DNA of 64,000 nt from Meyerozyma guilliermondii (Eukaryota): NCBI GenBank assembly GCA_051546255.1, contig CP128815.1, forward strand, positions 1,550,001 to 1,614,000, in the 5' to 3' direction. A program made the translations under genes and the position numbers. The notes under the pieces are model-generated. The model ran no database searches and was not told the origin of the DNA. It saw nothing but the letters and a program-made list of their open reading frames with translations. Shown here one piece after another: positions 32,101 through 41,879 of the stretch (positions are counted from its first letter, which is position 1; every line of letters begins with the position of its first letter).

Positions 32101-35100
32101 CAAGTTGATCCAGCCACATGGACTAGTTGTGTATCACCTTTTCGACAGTATGTCCATTACGATTAAAGTTCTCAAGCATCTCGTTGCTTGTTTGAAATCG
32201 AATGCGGACAAATCTCGGTTCGTAGCGCCAAGTGAATCAAAGGCTAAGAAAATCCCCAAAGTCAGACTTAAGTCTTTCAAGGTTCACTATCAAATGGAAG
32301 ACGACCCATTCGAGTCTGAACTCAACATGTCTTACCAATTGGGTATGGTTGAGCAACGGAAGCGACTCGAAGAATTATCGCTTTTTGATGTGAGTTGGAA
32401 GAGGAAACACGGCAATGAAGAAGGGGAAGAAAGTGGGTCAAATGAAGAGTACGAACAATTACTAAACAAATTACGTTCTCAAATGGCACGCTCATGGGTT
32501 AGAAAGGTCAAAGTTTACCGGGCAAAACTCAAAGAAGAGATTGCTGCTAACAAGCGTTTTATTTTCGGCAGCGAATGTAAGTTGGATACGCATTGGAATG
32601 AGGGAATTGTTCCATATCTGTACCACGCTCCATTGTTGAACATGATGTTGCTGGAAATGGATTTGGACCTTTCTTCCGTTGAAGACTTGGAAAAGGTTCC
32701 TGAAATGATCCATTCGCTCGGTCAAGGTGTTCCTGTTGACACTAGGTATTCGCTTTTGCTTCCTCTATTTGTCAAACTTCAAGTTCTGGAAGTCCGCATG
32801 CACCTTCGTGACTATCCTCTTCCAATGCTCCACATTCCTAGAAGTGACGATAGAAAGGTGTTAGGCATGCAAGGAAACTTTATCATCTCGGAAGCTTTCA
32901 TCACGAACAAGGAAAACCTTCGGCGAATGCAGGTGCCTTTAAGTAAGGTGCTCAAGGACACAAAAAGCGAAGACTTCTATTCTCTTTGTATCGACAAATC
33001 TCTTTCCACTGTGAAATTGTATTCAGATATGAAGTTCAAGATCCTGCCTTCTGACCCTGCACGTTTTGTTTGGGGTCAATCATATCAGTTTGGTATTCAG
33101 CAAATTATGCTCAATATGGACCAGTTCTCTAAACCGCCAGTTGATCCTTCACCAAAACTCGGATTCTGGGACAAACTAAGATTGATTTTCCATGGCAAAT
33201 TTGAGGTCACTTCTGATACTGGTTCAGGGCTAGAAATTGCCTTTAAAGGATCTCGCGATCCTTATAATTTATTCGGAGACGGATGTGGTTTTGTGTTGGC
33301 ATTTAACGATGAACTTCACTGGAAAATCAACAAGGACGACGACCCAAGACACTTCTTTGAAGTACATGCGAAAAAAGTGTCATGGTACATTCCTAACTAC
33401 ATGAAAGCTCCGCTTGTTGCCTGGTCAAGAGACATCTCAAAGTCAAATTACCTTCCAGACTCAACGTCTGTAATCACATCTTGCTTTGCTTACTATCTTC
33501 AAGAAAGTAAGCCCAAATCTGCGAGCCATAAGGCGAATATTATAGAAAAGCATGTCGTGCGTTTGAGTGGTGGCATAGATTTTAAGGTTGGATTCATGCT
33601 AGAACGCAAAGACGAAAAAGGTGAAAGGACTTTCGATTGCAAGCCTCATTATGACGTTAACCTTTTCAACCCAATCTACACCAAAGAGGGCCACGATTCT
33701 TACGCTGGTTTCAGAAGCGATTACATTCACATGTCCATCGGCTTGGAAGCAAACTCCAAGAAGTCAACAAATGCAATCTACCTATCCCCCAACACATTTC
33801 AACAGTTTTTCCGTTGGTGGAAGTTATTTCAAAGTAACATGATCCTTCCTGTTAGAAGGGGGCCTATGTTTGGAGAATTAAAGCAATCTGTCAAGTTCTC
33901 ACAGCATTTGATGACGAACAAGTTTCAGTTTCATGTCAAGTCGTTGTTCATCACCCATGTTTATCGGGATAGCTCTGATATTGACAACGATAAGATGCTG
34001 TGTGTGGGTCTTAAAGCCAAAGTTGAAGAATTTGTTGTTGATTTACACCTGCGTAAAGAGCAGAGAACTATAGTTCATGAGGCGCTTTCAAGAGACCAAA
34101 AAACTATGAAGATGAATTTCAATATTGGAGAAGTTCATCTCAACGGCATTGATTTAAGGCTTCTCAAGGGAGAGTTTGACTACGATGTTTATAATCCAGA
34201 AATTCGAGGGGACCGTGAAATGAACTTTGCATCCTACGATAAAGATAAATCTTGGCTCGACGCTCGAGATTTTGTGGAGGTACATTCTCCTTCCGTGAAA
34301 AGTGGTGGAGATGTCAAGATCTTTCCATTAATGCACTCAAAGCGGTTCACGTATTTGCGAGATACAATGGACGAAAATGACGACAACGAATTTGGCAATG
34401 AAGATATACACGAATGCTATCTAGATACCTCCGACCAATTATCGCCAGCGGAGGAGCTTCTTCATGAGAGAATAACAGATTTGAAGAAGCAGGTGACGAA
34501 ATGTGATTCAAAGCATCTAGAAGAGAGAATTGATTTCATTGAAAAAGAATTTGGGAAGAAGAGATCCAATTCTGTCGTTTCACAAACATCTATCGGTAAA
34601 AAGAATTCAGATGAAAAGTTTCACAATAAGTTTGCCCTAGTGGGTATGTTCTTGAAATGGAATGTTGACAGCAGAAATAACCTCATGAAGTATATTCATT
34701 ATTCTCAGCTCAAGAGTATGATGGCAAAGTATCTCTCTTATGAATCAATAAGTACTCTTGAGGAGCTACAAGAAGAAGCAGAGAAGATGATAAATGATGA
34801 CAAGTCTTCTGGGTTCTCTGATAAAGACCATAATAAGCTCAGTCACTTGATGTCCCGACCTCGAAATCTGGTTCTGAAAGAGGAACAAACTGCAGAAGCT
34901 CGCTTGGATTCATTTTCCAAAATATTGAAATCATGCAGTGATGGAGAGAACATTACCGAAGACTTCAAAATCGAGATAATATCCCCTCAAATTCAAATGC
35001 TGACTGAAACCAATCCGGACGCTGTTGTGCTAGTAACAGCACCCAAAATTGATATCCAAATTGTGTCAGTTGTTGAAGAGAATTCAGACAAGCTTATTAT

Positions 35101-36811
35101 CAACCCGAAGGAGTACGTTTATCGATACGGAGTTGTTCTTCATGAGGCTAATTTTTTCGTTATCAGGAAAGAAGATGCAGAGAAGCCAAACGAGTTGGCT
35201 CTTAGCAGTAAAGCATACGGATCCAAAACGAACTGGCCGCCTTGGCTCGGCATTGAAATCAGTCAACAAGGACGATTGGCAGGAACCAAAAAACTACTCA
35301 TTGAAAAGATGTCACTTATGTTGATGTATGATCAAATTCGGCCCCTGGGCAAGAAGCTCTACCAAACCGAAGACTCGTCAAATCAACTTGAGGCGCTCAA
35401 AGATGGGGAGCAGGAGCACAGTTTTACAGTTGACAAACTTTGCGTCGATATTCCCCAAGTGGTCATCACGTCTACCTCACAGCAGTACTTTACGTTGTAT
35501 GTGATTGTTCTTGGATTGTTCTTCTATTCTGAGCCTATGAGTAAGTCTTTGTCGGAGCGGTTAGAAAAGTTGAAATTCAGTATTGATTTTCAAGACTTGG
35601 GTGCACTTCATTCCAAGTTGACCCAACTCCACAATTACTATCAACTTATGGGATACTTGCTACGCAATTACGAGTTTCGACAGGATAATTTGGACAATGA
35701 TACGCTAAATGATGGGTTAACTCTTCGGTCAACGCAAGATGAAGTCGCCAAAGAAGTTTATTCTTTGATGCTGATACTATTATCTGGAGACTTCAATAGC
35801 TCCAGTCTGAGTTCGAAAGCTAATGCAGAGTGGTTCATTCGTACTGACCAGATTATCTTGCACATGCTAGAAGATGATGGAGCGTCCATTCTCGACTTGG
35901 CAATGGCCAAGAGTAACTACCGAAGATTGGTTTTTGAAGATGGTTCCAACATCAACAATATTGACATTGAGATGATGCAAGGCTTCAACTTGATAAAAAA
36001 TGCGCACTATCCAGCGTTCATTGAGCCGTTAGAAGAGATTACTGACGGTAAACAATCGCTCGTGAATGTACGGTGGAAGATGAACCGACCTATAGGAGGT
36101 ATCCGAATCATGGAAGAATTCGAAATAAATTCACAGCCGTTGAATGTCAAATTAGACGAAGTAACTGGCGACAAACTTATGAAATATATCTTCCAATCGG
36201 ACCTTAGCGACTTGAAAGAGAGTCCTATACTTCAGAAACAGAAAGAGGGCAAAGAAGATGGCGATGAAGATTCCAATGACTCCCCTGGTAATGCGGATTC
36301 TGACTCAGGTGAGCTGGACTCAGCTGGTAAGAAGCAGTCGGATTCGTCTGATCATAGCAGCAGCAGTGAATCCAAGAACAAAAAGATACAACTGTTGACT
36401 TCAAGTCACTCGGAGTATGAGTTCCATGATCAAGTGGACGACATGGTATCTCGTTCTAAACAATACTTGAGTATTATAGACTTCAAGCTCAACAGTTTCA
36501 AAGCCCTGATCTCGTTCAAGTATAAAACAGGAATTAAGAGGTTGCTCAATGTGCAAAACTTCATCATAAGCTTCCCCGAGCTTGTCATCCATAGGAAAGT
36601 GATGTCACTTCTTGATATTGCTATGATGGTGAAGAAAATTGTATTGAAATCGGTGATAATGCACAGTGGCAGTTTGATCAAGAATAAGCTTACAGTTCAG
36701 CACCAACCTAAAAGAGTGATTAAGGCGCCATTGAAGCCCATCAAGAGGTATGTTCGCTTCACTAAGATATCCGAGTTACATCTGGAAAGCCATGAGTCAT
36801 TAGAAACTTGA
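29192..36811 (+). CDS. FMP27: Bridge-like lipid transfer protein Fmp27/Hobbit (BLTP2 family)
   Basis: About 2540 aa; N-terminal TM; EDDPFE..L, LRDYPLP, KPPVDPSPKLGFWDK, KGSRDPY, WPPW motifs. Confidence 0.9.
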   Translation: MSFDANQVLYVCFQFIIAWIACWYAIYLVTGFHLRSIGINNGVLFNRVSFTSKSIRISIGSVRFRLWGNSRMLILDEVDIQLRESRKKRKPKGRKHDTDTPEDNDILGHPCIFPKNVLLRNLLKLLIKLIPNIDLEIRHATIHDKKELVSKAEYIRATIKSQKAAHNRIFSSVINTNNIDWRPNNSDDTNEEALLSLATLKLQSGLLVNLRTGELFDVQSKLFTDEFKVRAFSLARWVAQNRSSKNESDEDTAPATNSEGQPKSIIRLVKWHSYIYRCMHEISLIAENTMILEFPFLSADDDYDMSKFWDQPDHNHYFNFQIKSLSHTIRKFDKDSAGFHVLFDPKVDSPVQAVTALQILRVEFCRKVKNTHNQFHVSEIISIPNCSVTHKGNMSDHFVKGDGFKNCAIELFASLSNPTLDLDADQLSIITYNFIAFKKFMKAKKLMRKDDIDADQQSDDTNDPDDTKVEALEEELNTLQDEHLHEEHLLNDQNNKANHKANDVRYRANIIGLLNEYYPRLNMTLIMEQPRIVIRQTDKNHNCLKLVNFSYSLLNIHVLTTDQRDYDARCHILHPAITYQSQTNDFNSSTTKHEIFLSEALTCRLQVLKSFEVKADFEVAQTCVEMGKLSLLAGISSLMDDLRKSITQCLQSSKILEQIEKIGNDRARNQQKSLTAQPSVLFHPLPHWLLELNFELSNIKLNLGSRSLLIPENRMTSISNDIVNEDIFGDYNHLQSTSFSVGKVRFQYLNGTDIETTTAMTLPASSLETLAEKRVELWSLNSRVSDISMSMDLDVRNPKLHVLSVPDIDLKVSALQKSSNLTLQVEITVEKVSLSYDKFKLFTLLGTVGLFKLLLLPFRAMKERISDKSRDKFDDSTPETTPPAVEFDCLVKSLDLVLELSEECTVKTQLFDAQLSSRAEKHHVFLKLLRVMINSPTVPNAWSRVLCVDSLNVDIDPKLQDPITVDTDFIKLIQPHGLVVYHLFDSMSITIKVLKHLVACLKSNADKSRFVAPSESKAKKIPKVRLKSFKVHYQMEDDPFESELNMSYQLGMVEQRKRLEELSLFDVSWKRKHGNEEGEESGSNEEYEQLLNKLRSQMARSWVRKVKVYRAKLKEEIAANKRFIFGSECKLDTHWNEGIVPYLYHAPLLNMMLLEMDLDLSSVEDLEKVPEMIHSLGQGVPVDTRYSLLLPLFVKLQVLEVRMHLRDYPLPMLHIPRSDDRKVLGMQGNFIISEAFITNKENLRRMQVPLSKVLKDTKSEDFYSLCIDKSLSTVKLYSDMKFKILPSDPARFVWGQSYQFGIQQIMLNMDQFSKPPVDPSPKLGFWDKLRLIFHGKFEVTSDTGSGLEIAFKGSRDPYNLFGDGCGFVLAFNDELHWKINKDDDPRHFFEVHAKKVSWYIPNYMKAPLVAWSRDISKSNYLPDSTSVITSCFAYYLQESKPKSASHKANIIEKHVVRLSGGIDFKVGFMLERKDEKGERTFDCKPHYDVNLFNPIYTKEGHDSYAGFRSDYIHMSIGLEANSKKSTNAIYLSPNTFQQFFRWWKLFQSNMILPVRRGPMFGELKQSVKFSQHLMTNKFQFHVKSLFITHVYRDSSDIDNDKMLCVGLKAKVEEFVVDLHLRKEQRTIVHEALSRDQKTMKMNFNIGEVHLNGIDLRLLKGEFDYDVYNPEIRGDREMNFASYDKDKSWLDARDFVEVHSPSVKSGGDVKIFPLMHSKRFTYLRDTMDENDDNEFGNEDIHECYLDTSDQLSPAEELLHERITDLKKQVTKCDSKHLEERIDFIEKEFGKKRSNSVVSQTSIGKKNSDEKFHNKFALVGMFLKWNVDSRNNLMKYIHYSQLKSMMAKYLSYESISTLEELQEEAEKMINDDKSSGFSDKDHNKLSHLMSRPRNLVLKEEQTAEARLDSFSKILKSCSDGENITEDFKIEIISPQIQMLTETNPDAVVLVTAPKIDIQIVSVVEENSDKLIINPKEYVYRYGVVLHEANFFVIRKEDAEKPNELALSSKAYGSKTNWPPWLGIEISQQGRLAGTKKLLIEKMSLMLMYDQIRPLGKKLYQTEDSSNQLEALKDGEQEHSFTVDKLCVDIPQVVITSTSQQYFTLYVIVLGLFFYSEPMSKSLSERLEKLKFSIDFQDLGALHSKLTQLHNYYQLMGYLLRNYEFRQDNLDNDTLNDGLTLRSTQDEVAKEVYSLMLILLSGDFNSSSLSSKANAEWFIRTDQIILHMLEDDGASILDLAMAKSNYRRLVFEDGSNINNIDIEMMQGFNLIKNAHYPAFIEPLEEITDGKQSLVNVRWKMNRPIGGIRIMEEFEINSQPLNVKLDEVTGDKLMKYIFQSDLSDLKESPILQKQKEGKEDGDEDSNDSPGNADSDSGELDSAGKKQSDSSDHSSSSESKNKKIQLLTSSHSEYEFHDQVDDMVSRSKQYLSIIDFKLNSFKALISFKYKTGIKRLLNVQNFIISFPELVIHRKVMSLLDIAMMVKKIVLKSVIMHSGSLIKNKLTVQHQPKRVIKAPLKPIKRYVRFTKISELHLESHESLET

Positions 36812-36830
36812 TCATTAGTTACATAGTAGT

Positions 36831-37372
36831 CTATACATGTTGTCTCTTTGGTTCGTTAGCCATCATCTTCTTCTTTCTCTTTCCTCGTCTTCCACTGTCG
36901 TCTCCATCACCTATATCGTCGCCTCTCATAAATGTTTGCTGATCATTGATAGCCAAGTCTACAGTATTGAAACCCGGTATTCCGTTGATGGAAGTCTTCT
37001 CAAACTTAAGGGCTTCGGCTAACAATGCTGGGCTAATTGCCTTGATAATATCGGGTGCCTGGCCCAAATTGGGGTCCAACAATCCACCAGGAATAGGTTT
37101 TGTAGGCGGTATCAGATGTTTTCCCGGCAAGTCTTGGATATGGTTTTTGTATGATTTACGTAACTTGACTCCTTTGGTACCGTCTGGGTTGCTTCTGGCA
37201 AGCGATTTCGCTATCGGTTCAAGTCCATATAATGCTAATAGATTTTGCGTCGGCGATGGAACTGGTGGATTATAAGATTCTATGTTAGCAATGACGAGTA
37301 CTGGGAAAAAGAATGAAACTTACTTTTGGAGTCAAAGAGGTAGAAATCATAATCGTTACTACCCTTCGGCAT
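36831..37372 (-). CDS. ROX3: Mediator subunit Med19/Rox3 (165 aa); exons 37372-37324 and 37279-36831
   Basis: A 44-nt intron 37323-37280 (GTAAGT...TGCTAAC-ATAG) gives P.PTQNLLALYGL..IA.SLAR.NPDGTKGVKLRKSYKNHIQDLPGKH, plus a basic tail. Confidence 0.9.
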
Positions 37373-37580
37373 GATAAATGGTGTCTCTTGAGATTCTCAC
37401 AAACTACAAATAGGACCTGTGCAGGAACCGAAGAATCGAAAGAGACGGTACCTATTACATATTTCTTTTATACTATCAATACAGGTAATCTATGAACTAG
37501 CTGAAGCGTTATAACTATGTTTCACAATACCATCTGTAATGCCAATCTTCTTCAGTATTACACTAGGTACCATTTCAGTC

Positions 37581-38844
37581 CTACTTCTTAACAGTGCTCC
37601 ATCCTTCCTTCTCGTCAACAGACAATTCACTGGTTTTAGATTCTAATGCAGAAACAGCGTCATCTCCGGTCTTCTTGGCAACTGGCTCATCGTCAGATTC
37701 ATCATCACCATCACCCTCCACGGCCAATACTTCATACAAAGATTTTTTGGCCTTTGGTTGTTCCTTTTCTTCTTCTGGTTTGGATGTATCTTTCTTTGGC
37801 TTGCGGGGCTCGACGGTTTGTCCACGTTTCCAGTCCAAAACAGGCTCTGCCTTCTTGGGAGTTCTGTTGCTTCTTTCGCGGGGTGGAAGTGTTCCCAGAC
37901 CTCTGGCAGAACTCCAGTCGAATTCTGGTTCGTCTCTTTTGGGTGTTCTGATACTTCTCTCTCTAGGCTCTCTTGGTGGAAGCGAGCCTTGTCCTCTAGC
38001 GGAGCTCCAGTCAATTTCTGGTTCTTCTCTTCTTGGTCTGTCGCTTCTTTCTCTTGGTTCTCTGGGTGGAAGAACTCCTTTACCTCTGGTGGAAGACCAG
38101 TCGATATCGGGCTCTTCTCTTCTGGGTCTGTCGCCTCTGTCCATTCTATCCCTTGGCTCTCTGGGAGGAAGGGTGCCCTGACCTCTAGCAGACGTCCAGT
38201 CAATATCGACTTCTTCTCTTCTTGGCCTATCTCCTCTGTCTCTACCACTGCCTCCAGTGAGTGGGCCTCTGGAAGCTCTCCAGTCCATCTCAAAAACATC
38301 CTGCTTCTGGGGGGCTGCTACATTGACAAAAATCTTTCTGCCATTGAAATCAGACAACGTTAAACGTAAGGATTCTTCCAATACATCGCGGTCCTTGAAG
38401 GTGACGAAACCAAAACCACGCAACTTACCAGTCATGGTGTCCACGGGCAACTTAATTTCGGAGATTGCATCTCTTGTTTGCATTCTGTCTTCAAGAAAAC
38501 GTGCCAAGTCGTCCTCGGTGACTTCCCAGGGCAAATTTCCAACTCTGGCTCGGTAAGGAGGTTCATCAGGAATTGGATATTCCTGTCTGTCTTGTCTCTG
38601 GTCTTCAAAACGGGACGATCCAAATGATTCTTGTCTTTTGTAGGTGCTCGTAGAAGCCCCAGTACTTGGTCCTGTTGTGGGGACTCCAATTGACGCCATA
38701 TCGATCTCTTCGTCGGCCCAAGATGAGGCTCCACCATAGGAGTCATCGGCCCAGAAGGACCCCAAGTCCATTTTTACTGCTTTTTTAGGTGCTGGGTTAG
38801 TTATTGTCTCTCGATTGCTCGATTCGTTGCATGTACATACCCAT
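37581..38844 (-). CDS. TIF3: Translation initiation factor eIF4B; exons 38844-38841 and 38791-37581
   Basis: A 49-nt intron 38840-38792 (GTATGT...AACTAAC-CCAG) gives MAPKKAVKMDL; SWADE, RRM (GNLP..., RGFGFVTF), repeated DW..ARG..LPPRE units. Confidence 0.93.
37830..38290 (-). repeat. Internal eIF4B repeats (about 5-6 degenerate DW-x-x-[AT]RG...LPPRE units)
   Basis: Visible in the translation; characteristic of yeast Tif3. Boundaries approximate. Confidence 0.8.
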
Positions 38845-38929
38845 GTTAGTGGTGATCCGTGTTGAAAATTTCAAATTTTTTTTCGCGATGTGTATTGAGG
38901 CATGGCTGCGAAAAGCCATTTCATATAAA

Positions 38930-40438
38930 TTATACTCGTTGTTCCACAACGTCTCTCTCACTATAAATAGTATCTGTGGGTCCATTGTTTCGCTGGGCGT
39001 CGGACTGGGCCGCAGGCTCGGGGCGTCGTATATCGTTGGGCACTTCACTGGAAATGTTCGCACTCTGTTCGACTCCACGAGACTCATGGTACAAGGTTAT
39101 CACCGCCCAGTTGTAGAGATCCTCTCTCGAAATTCCCATAATTCTCCACAAGAATTTCTTCAAGAAATTGCCGTACTTCTTTTTGGCGAGAACCTTGGCT
39201 CGTTGCTCGAGATTGTAGTGGGCATTTCTCGAGTCCGCAAGAATGAGTCGCACTCGTTCGCTGGTGGGAACCAACTCCTGTATCATTGCTCTTAACGTAG
39301 GATCGTTCCTTAGCATGTCAAGGTCGAGAGTGAAGTCTTCATCTTCATTAGTGTCCGCATGGTCGGTCGTTGGACTAGTAGCTACATCTGGACTCAGCGC
39401 AGGCAGATCTGTCCCTGGTTCACCATGGCCCTCAGCGCCCGCGCTGTTCCGAATCGTACCCTCGTTCGCCGTGGTTTCTGCTTCGGTTGCATTTCCCGAT
39501 GTGATTCCCGACTCTGCCTTGAAAAAGTAATCTCGCTTACAAGTTGGACAGCATGCCCTTCTTTTTGTGAGCCAAGGATCTAAGCACTCTGCGTGGTACA
39601 CATGTCCACACAAGAGACCTCTTACAATATCGTCATTTTCAAGAACTTCCAAACAGATAGCACAGGTTCCAGAGGTAAAATGGAGTCCCTGAGCCTCATC
39701 AGAACAGCCAGATGCCGACAGCTGGGCGTCCAACTTGCGCATTTCAATTTCGTCGGTGGGTCCCGACGGTGTGGTACGTGCGTCCGAGTACTGGGAGGTG
39801 TGGGTCTGGGTTGCGTGTAAGGTTGTTTCTGCCGCAGCATTGATCTCGATTTCGTCTACATCACTCATGTCTTCAATTTTGTGGTTCATCAAATCGCCCT
39901 CTTCCTGGAGTGCACCGTTCCGAATCTCGCTATCTCTTTCCTGACCGCCGTTGAGCCAGTCATGGTAGGTTTTCTTGGGAAAAAGAATCTCCACTTCCTG
40001 TTCAGTCAACTTTTTCATCCTCGAGTACCGGCCACCACGGCGCCGTCTGCGTCGGTTTCGGCCAAGTAACCGTCTTTCGAGGATCTCTCCACGGATAAAA
40101 TGGTGGGACCGAATATATTCGATGTGTTCTTGGAGTTCATCGTCGGTGAGTTCGACATGTGAAGCAGTTTGCGTGGTGCCACCAACGAGAATATTGTTGT
40201 GGCGCCGTGTGAGTGGGTACACATGAAGCCCAAAGTGGGATCTGACAAAGTAGCGGACGGTGAAGAACACAAATAAGAACGCAATAAACACCCCTACTGC
40301 AAGGGCGAGAAAGAAAAGTACCGTTGATGGAGCATTACCGCCGAAAGTACTTGAAGTGAACCCTGACGAGCTGTCTGAAGTTTCCGAGGCACCCAGAGTT
40401 GACGACGCCGTGTTAGGCGAATGGGTGGAGGAAGCCAT
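38930..40438 (-). CDS. Single-pass membrane RING-H2 E3 ligase-like protein
   Basis: TM segment VLFFLALAVGVFIAFLFVFFTV; RING-H2 CAICLE...CGHVYHAECLDPWL...CPTC. Confidence 0.82.
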   Translation of the reverse strand: MASSTHSPNTASSTLGASETSDSSSGFTSSTFGGNAPSTVLFFLALAVGVFIAFLFVFFTVRYFVRSHFGLHVYPLTRRHNNILVGGTTQTASHVELTDDELQEHIEYIRSHHFIRGEILERRLLGRNRRRRRRGGRYSRMKKLTEQEVEILFPKKTYHDWLNGGQERDSEIRNGALQEEGDLMNHKIEDMSDVDEIEINAAAETTLHATQTHTSQYSDARTTPSGPTDEIEMRKLDAQLSASGCSDEAQGLHFTSGTCAICLEVLENDDIVRGLLCGHVYHAECLDPWLTKRRACCPTCKRDYFFKAESGITSGNATEAETTANEGTIRNSAGAEGHGEPGTDLPALSPDVATSPTTDHADTNEDEDFTLDLDMLRNDPTLRAMIQELVPTSERVRLILADSRNAHYNLEQRAKVLAKKKYGNFLKKFLWRIMGISREDLYNWAVITLYHESRGVEQSANISSEVPNDIRRPEPAAQSDAQRNNGPTDTIYSERDVVEQRV

Positions 40439-41010
40439 GGCTTATCTTTTGGAAATCCACTGAAATTTTTTGATTACGGATGGATAAGGCAATTTAACGG
40501 TTTCGAATAGATGAGGGGAATAAACCTTAAAAGCTATTATCTGGCTCATATATTGTAGCCAGTGTAAGCGTGGAAGATGTAGCAGTACACCCGCTGGATT
40601 TTATACACCCAGAGTATACGATTTCGGTCCGGTTGAAGCAAATCAGGCTATGCGTCGTTCCTTGCCGCACGACAGATTTGTCTCCATCATGCCTGCAGAT
40701 CGGCATTAGTGGGGTAGCGGGACAAAAAGATAATGACGGCATGACAGGGCGCAGAAAAGGAAGGTGAAATACGAGGAAAGAGTAGGGGTGGATACGATGG
40801 TCATAGAAACGGAAAATAGAAAAGAAAAGGATGTAGATGCTACCTTAGTATATTCTTCAGTTTCTTCGCATAAACCTTAAATGAAAAATTAGCAATCGAA
40901 ATTTCAACACTTCTTTCGTCGTATATCTGCGGCTACAATATACATTTCATGTACAATTCCATGTACATCTTGTCTACATCACTTAGTTCAAGCATATATT
41001 AGCCCTGCAT

Positions 41011-41660
41011 TTACAACTTAGGTGCCTCCTTGTAGGAAATAGCAGCTTCCTCACCCATGGCAGAGATGATGGTAACCAACAAATCCTTACCGTCATCGAA
41101 CTCAGATTGGATCTTGTCACCCAACTCACCCTCTGGGATCTTGACATCATCCTTGGTGTCACCATCTTGGGTCATAAGAGACAAGAATCCATCATCAATG
41201 TCCAACAATTGGTACTCCTGTCTGGAAACATTTGGCACCTCCATGTTGTGGGTGGATGGGGACAAATCTTCCAACTTCTTACCAGTGAAAATGTCAATAG
41301 CCACCAAGTGGACCTTGGCGTGACCGTGCTTACCGGTCTTGGAGGTGGACATGTCAACAATCTTACATGGTCTGCTCTTGATAACAACGTGTCCGTTCTT
41401 TCTCAATGCAGAACATTGCATTGGGAAGGTCAAGGCGGCACCGGCATCGGCGGTCTCAAAAACGTGCTGGAGTTAGTATTGGAATGGAATAGTCTTATGA
41501 TGCTTATAAAATCAAGCGGCGATGCCCATGAAAATCAATGGAAAATCATCGAAAACACAAAGAAATGGCCGGTTTGAAATTTGGTTCTTCAACCTCGCAC
41601 CAACATTAGGCTATATCCTAATTTTTACACTCCATAATTACATACATCTTCTTCAGCCAT
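41011..41660 (-). CDS. HYP2: Translation factor eIF5A (156 aa); exons 41660-41646 and 41466-41011
   Basis: A 179-nt intron 41645-41467 (GTATGT...TACTAAC-TCCAG); hypusine motif [12 protein letters not shown]. Confidence 0.96.
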
Positions 41661-41879
41661 ATTGACGATTACTTATGTTCTTCAACAGTTGGTTGAAATT
41701 TTGTCGAGTGCGGGACAATTTTTCCTTACACAAAACCAAAATGGGAAGACTCGCAGCGTAAATCATGGCACGACGCCCGCCTTCTTTGGCGTACATACAG
41801 GCACATGCCACAGTTACCCGGCGCTGTACCATTAATGGCAATCTACAATATTGGCCCAGAAATAGTAATGTTGTATTAA

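Noticed and set aside
37594..38363. Several long antisense and alternate-frame ORFs over TIF3
   Set aside because: Shadow ORFs produced by the repetitive eIF4B coding sequence.
41011..41022. eIF5A ends in -PKL, a PTS1-like tripeptide
   Set aside because: Abundant cytosolic factor with a variable tail after the conserved KEAPK; most likely coincidental and no other support.
41467..41645. Possible intronic snoRNA in the HYP2 intron (also RPL32 and RPL42 introns)
   Set aside because: No convincing C box/D box pair or H/ACA structure seen by eye; a snoRNA scan would be needed.
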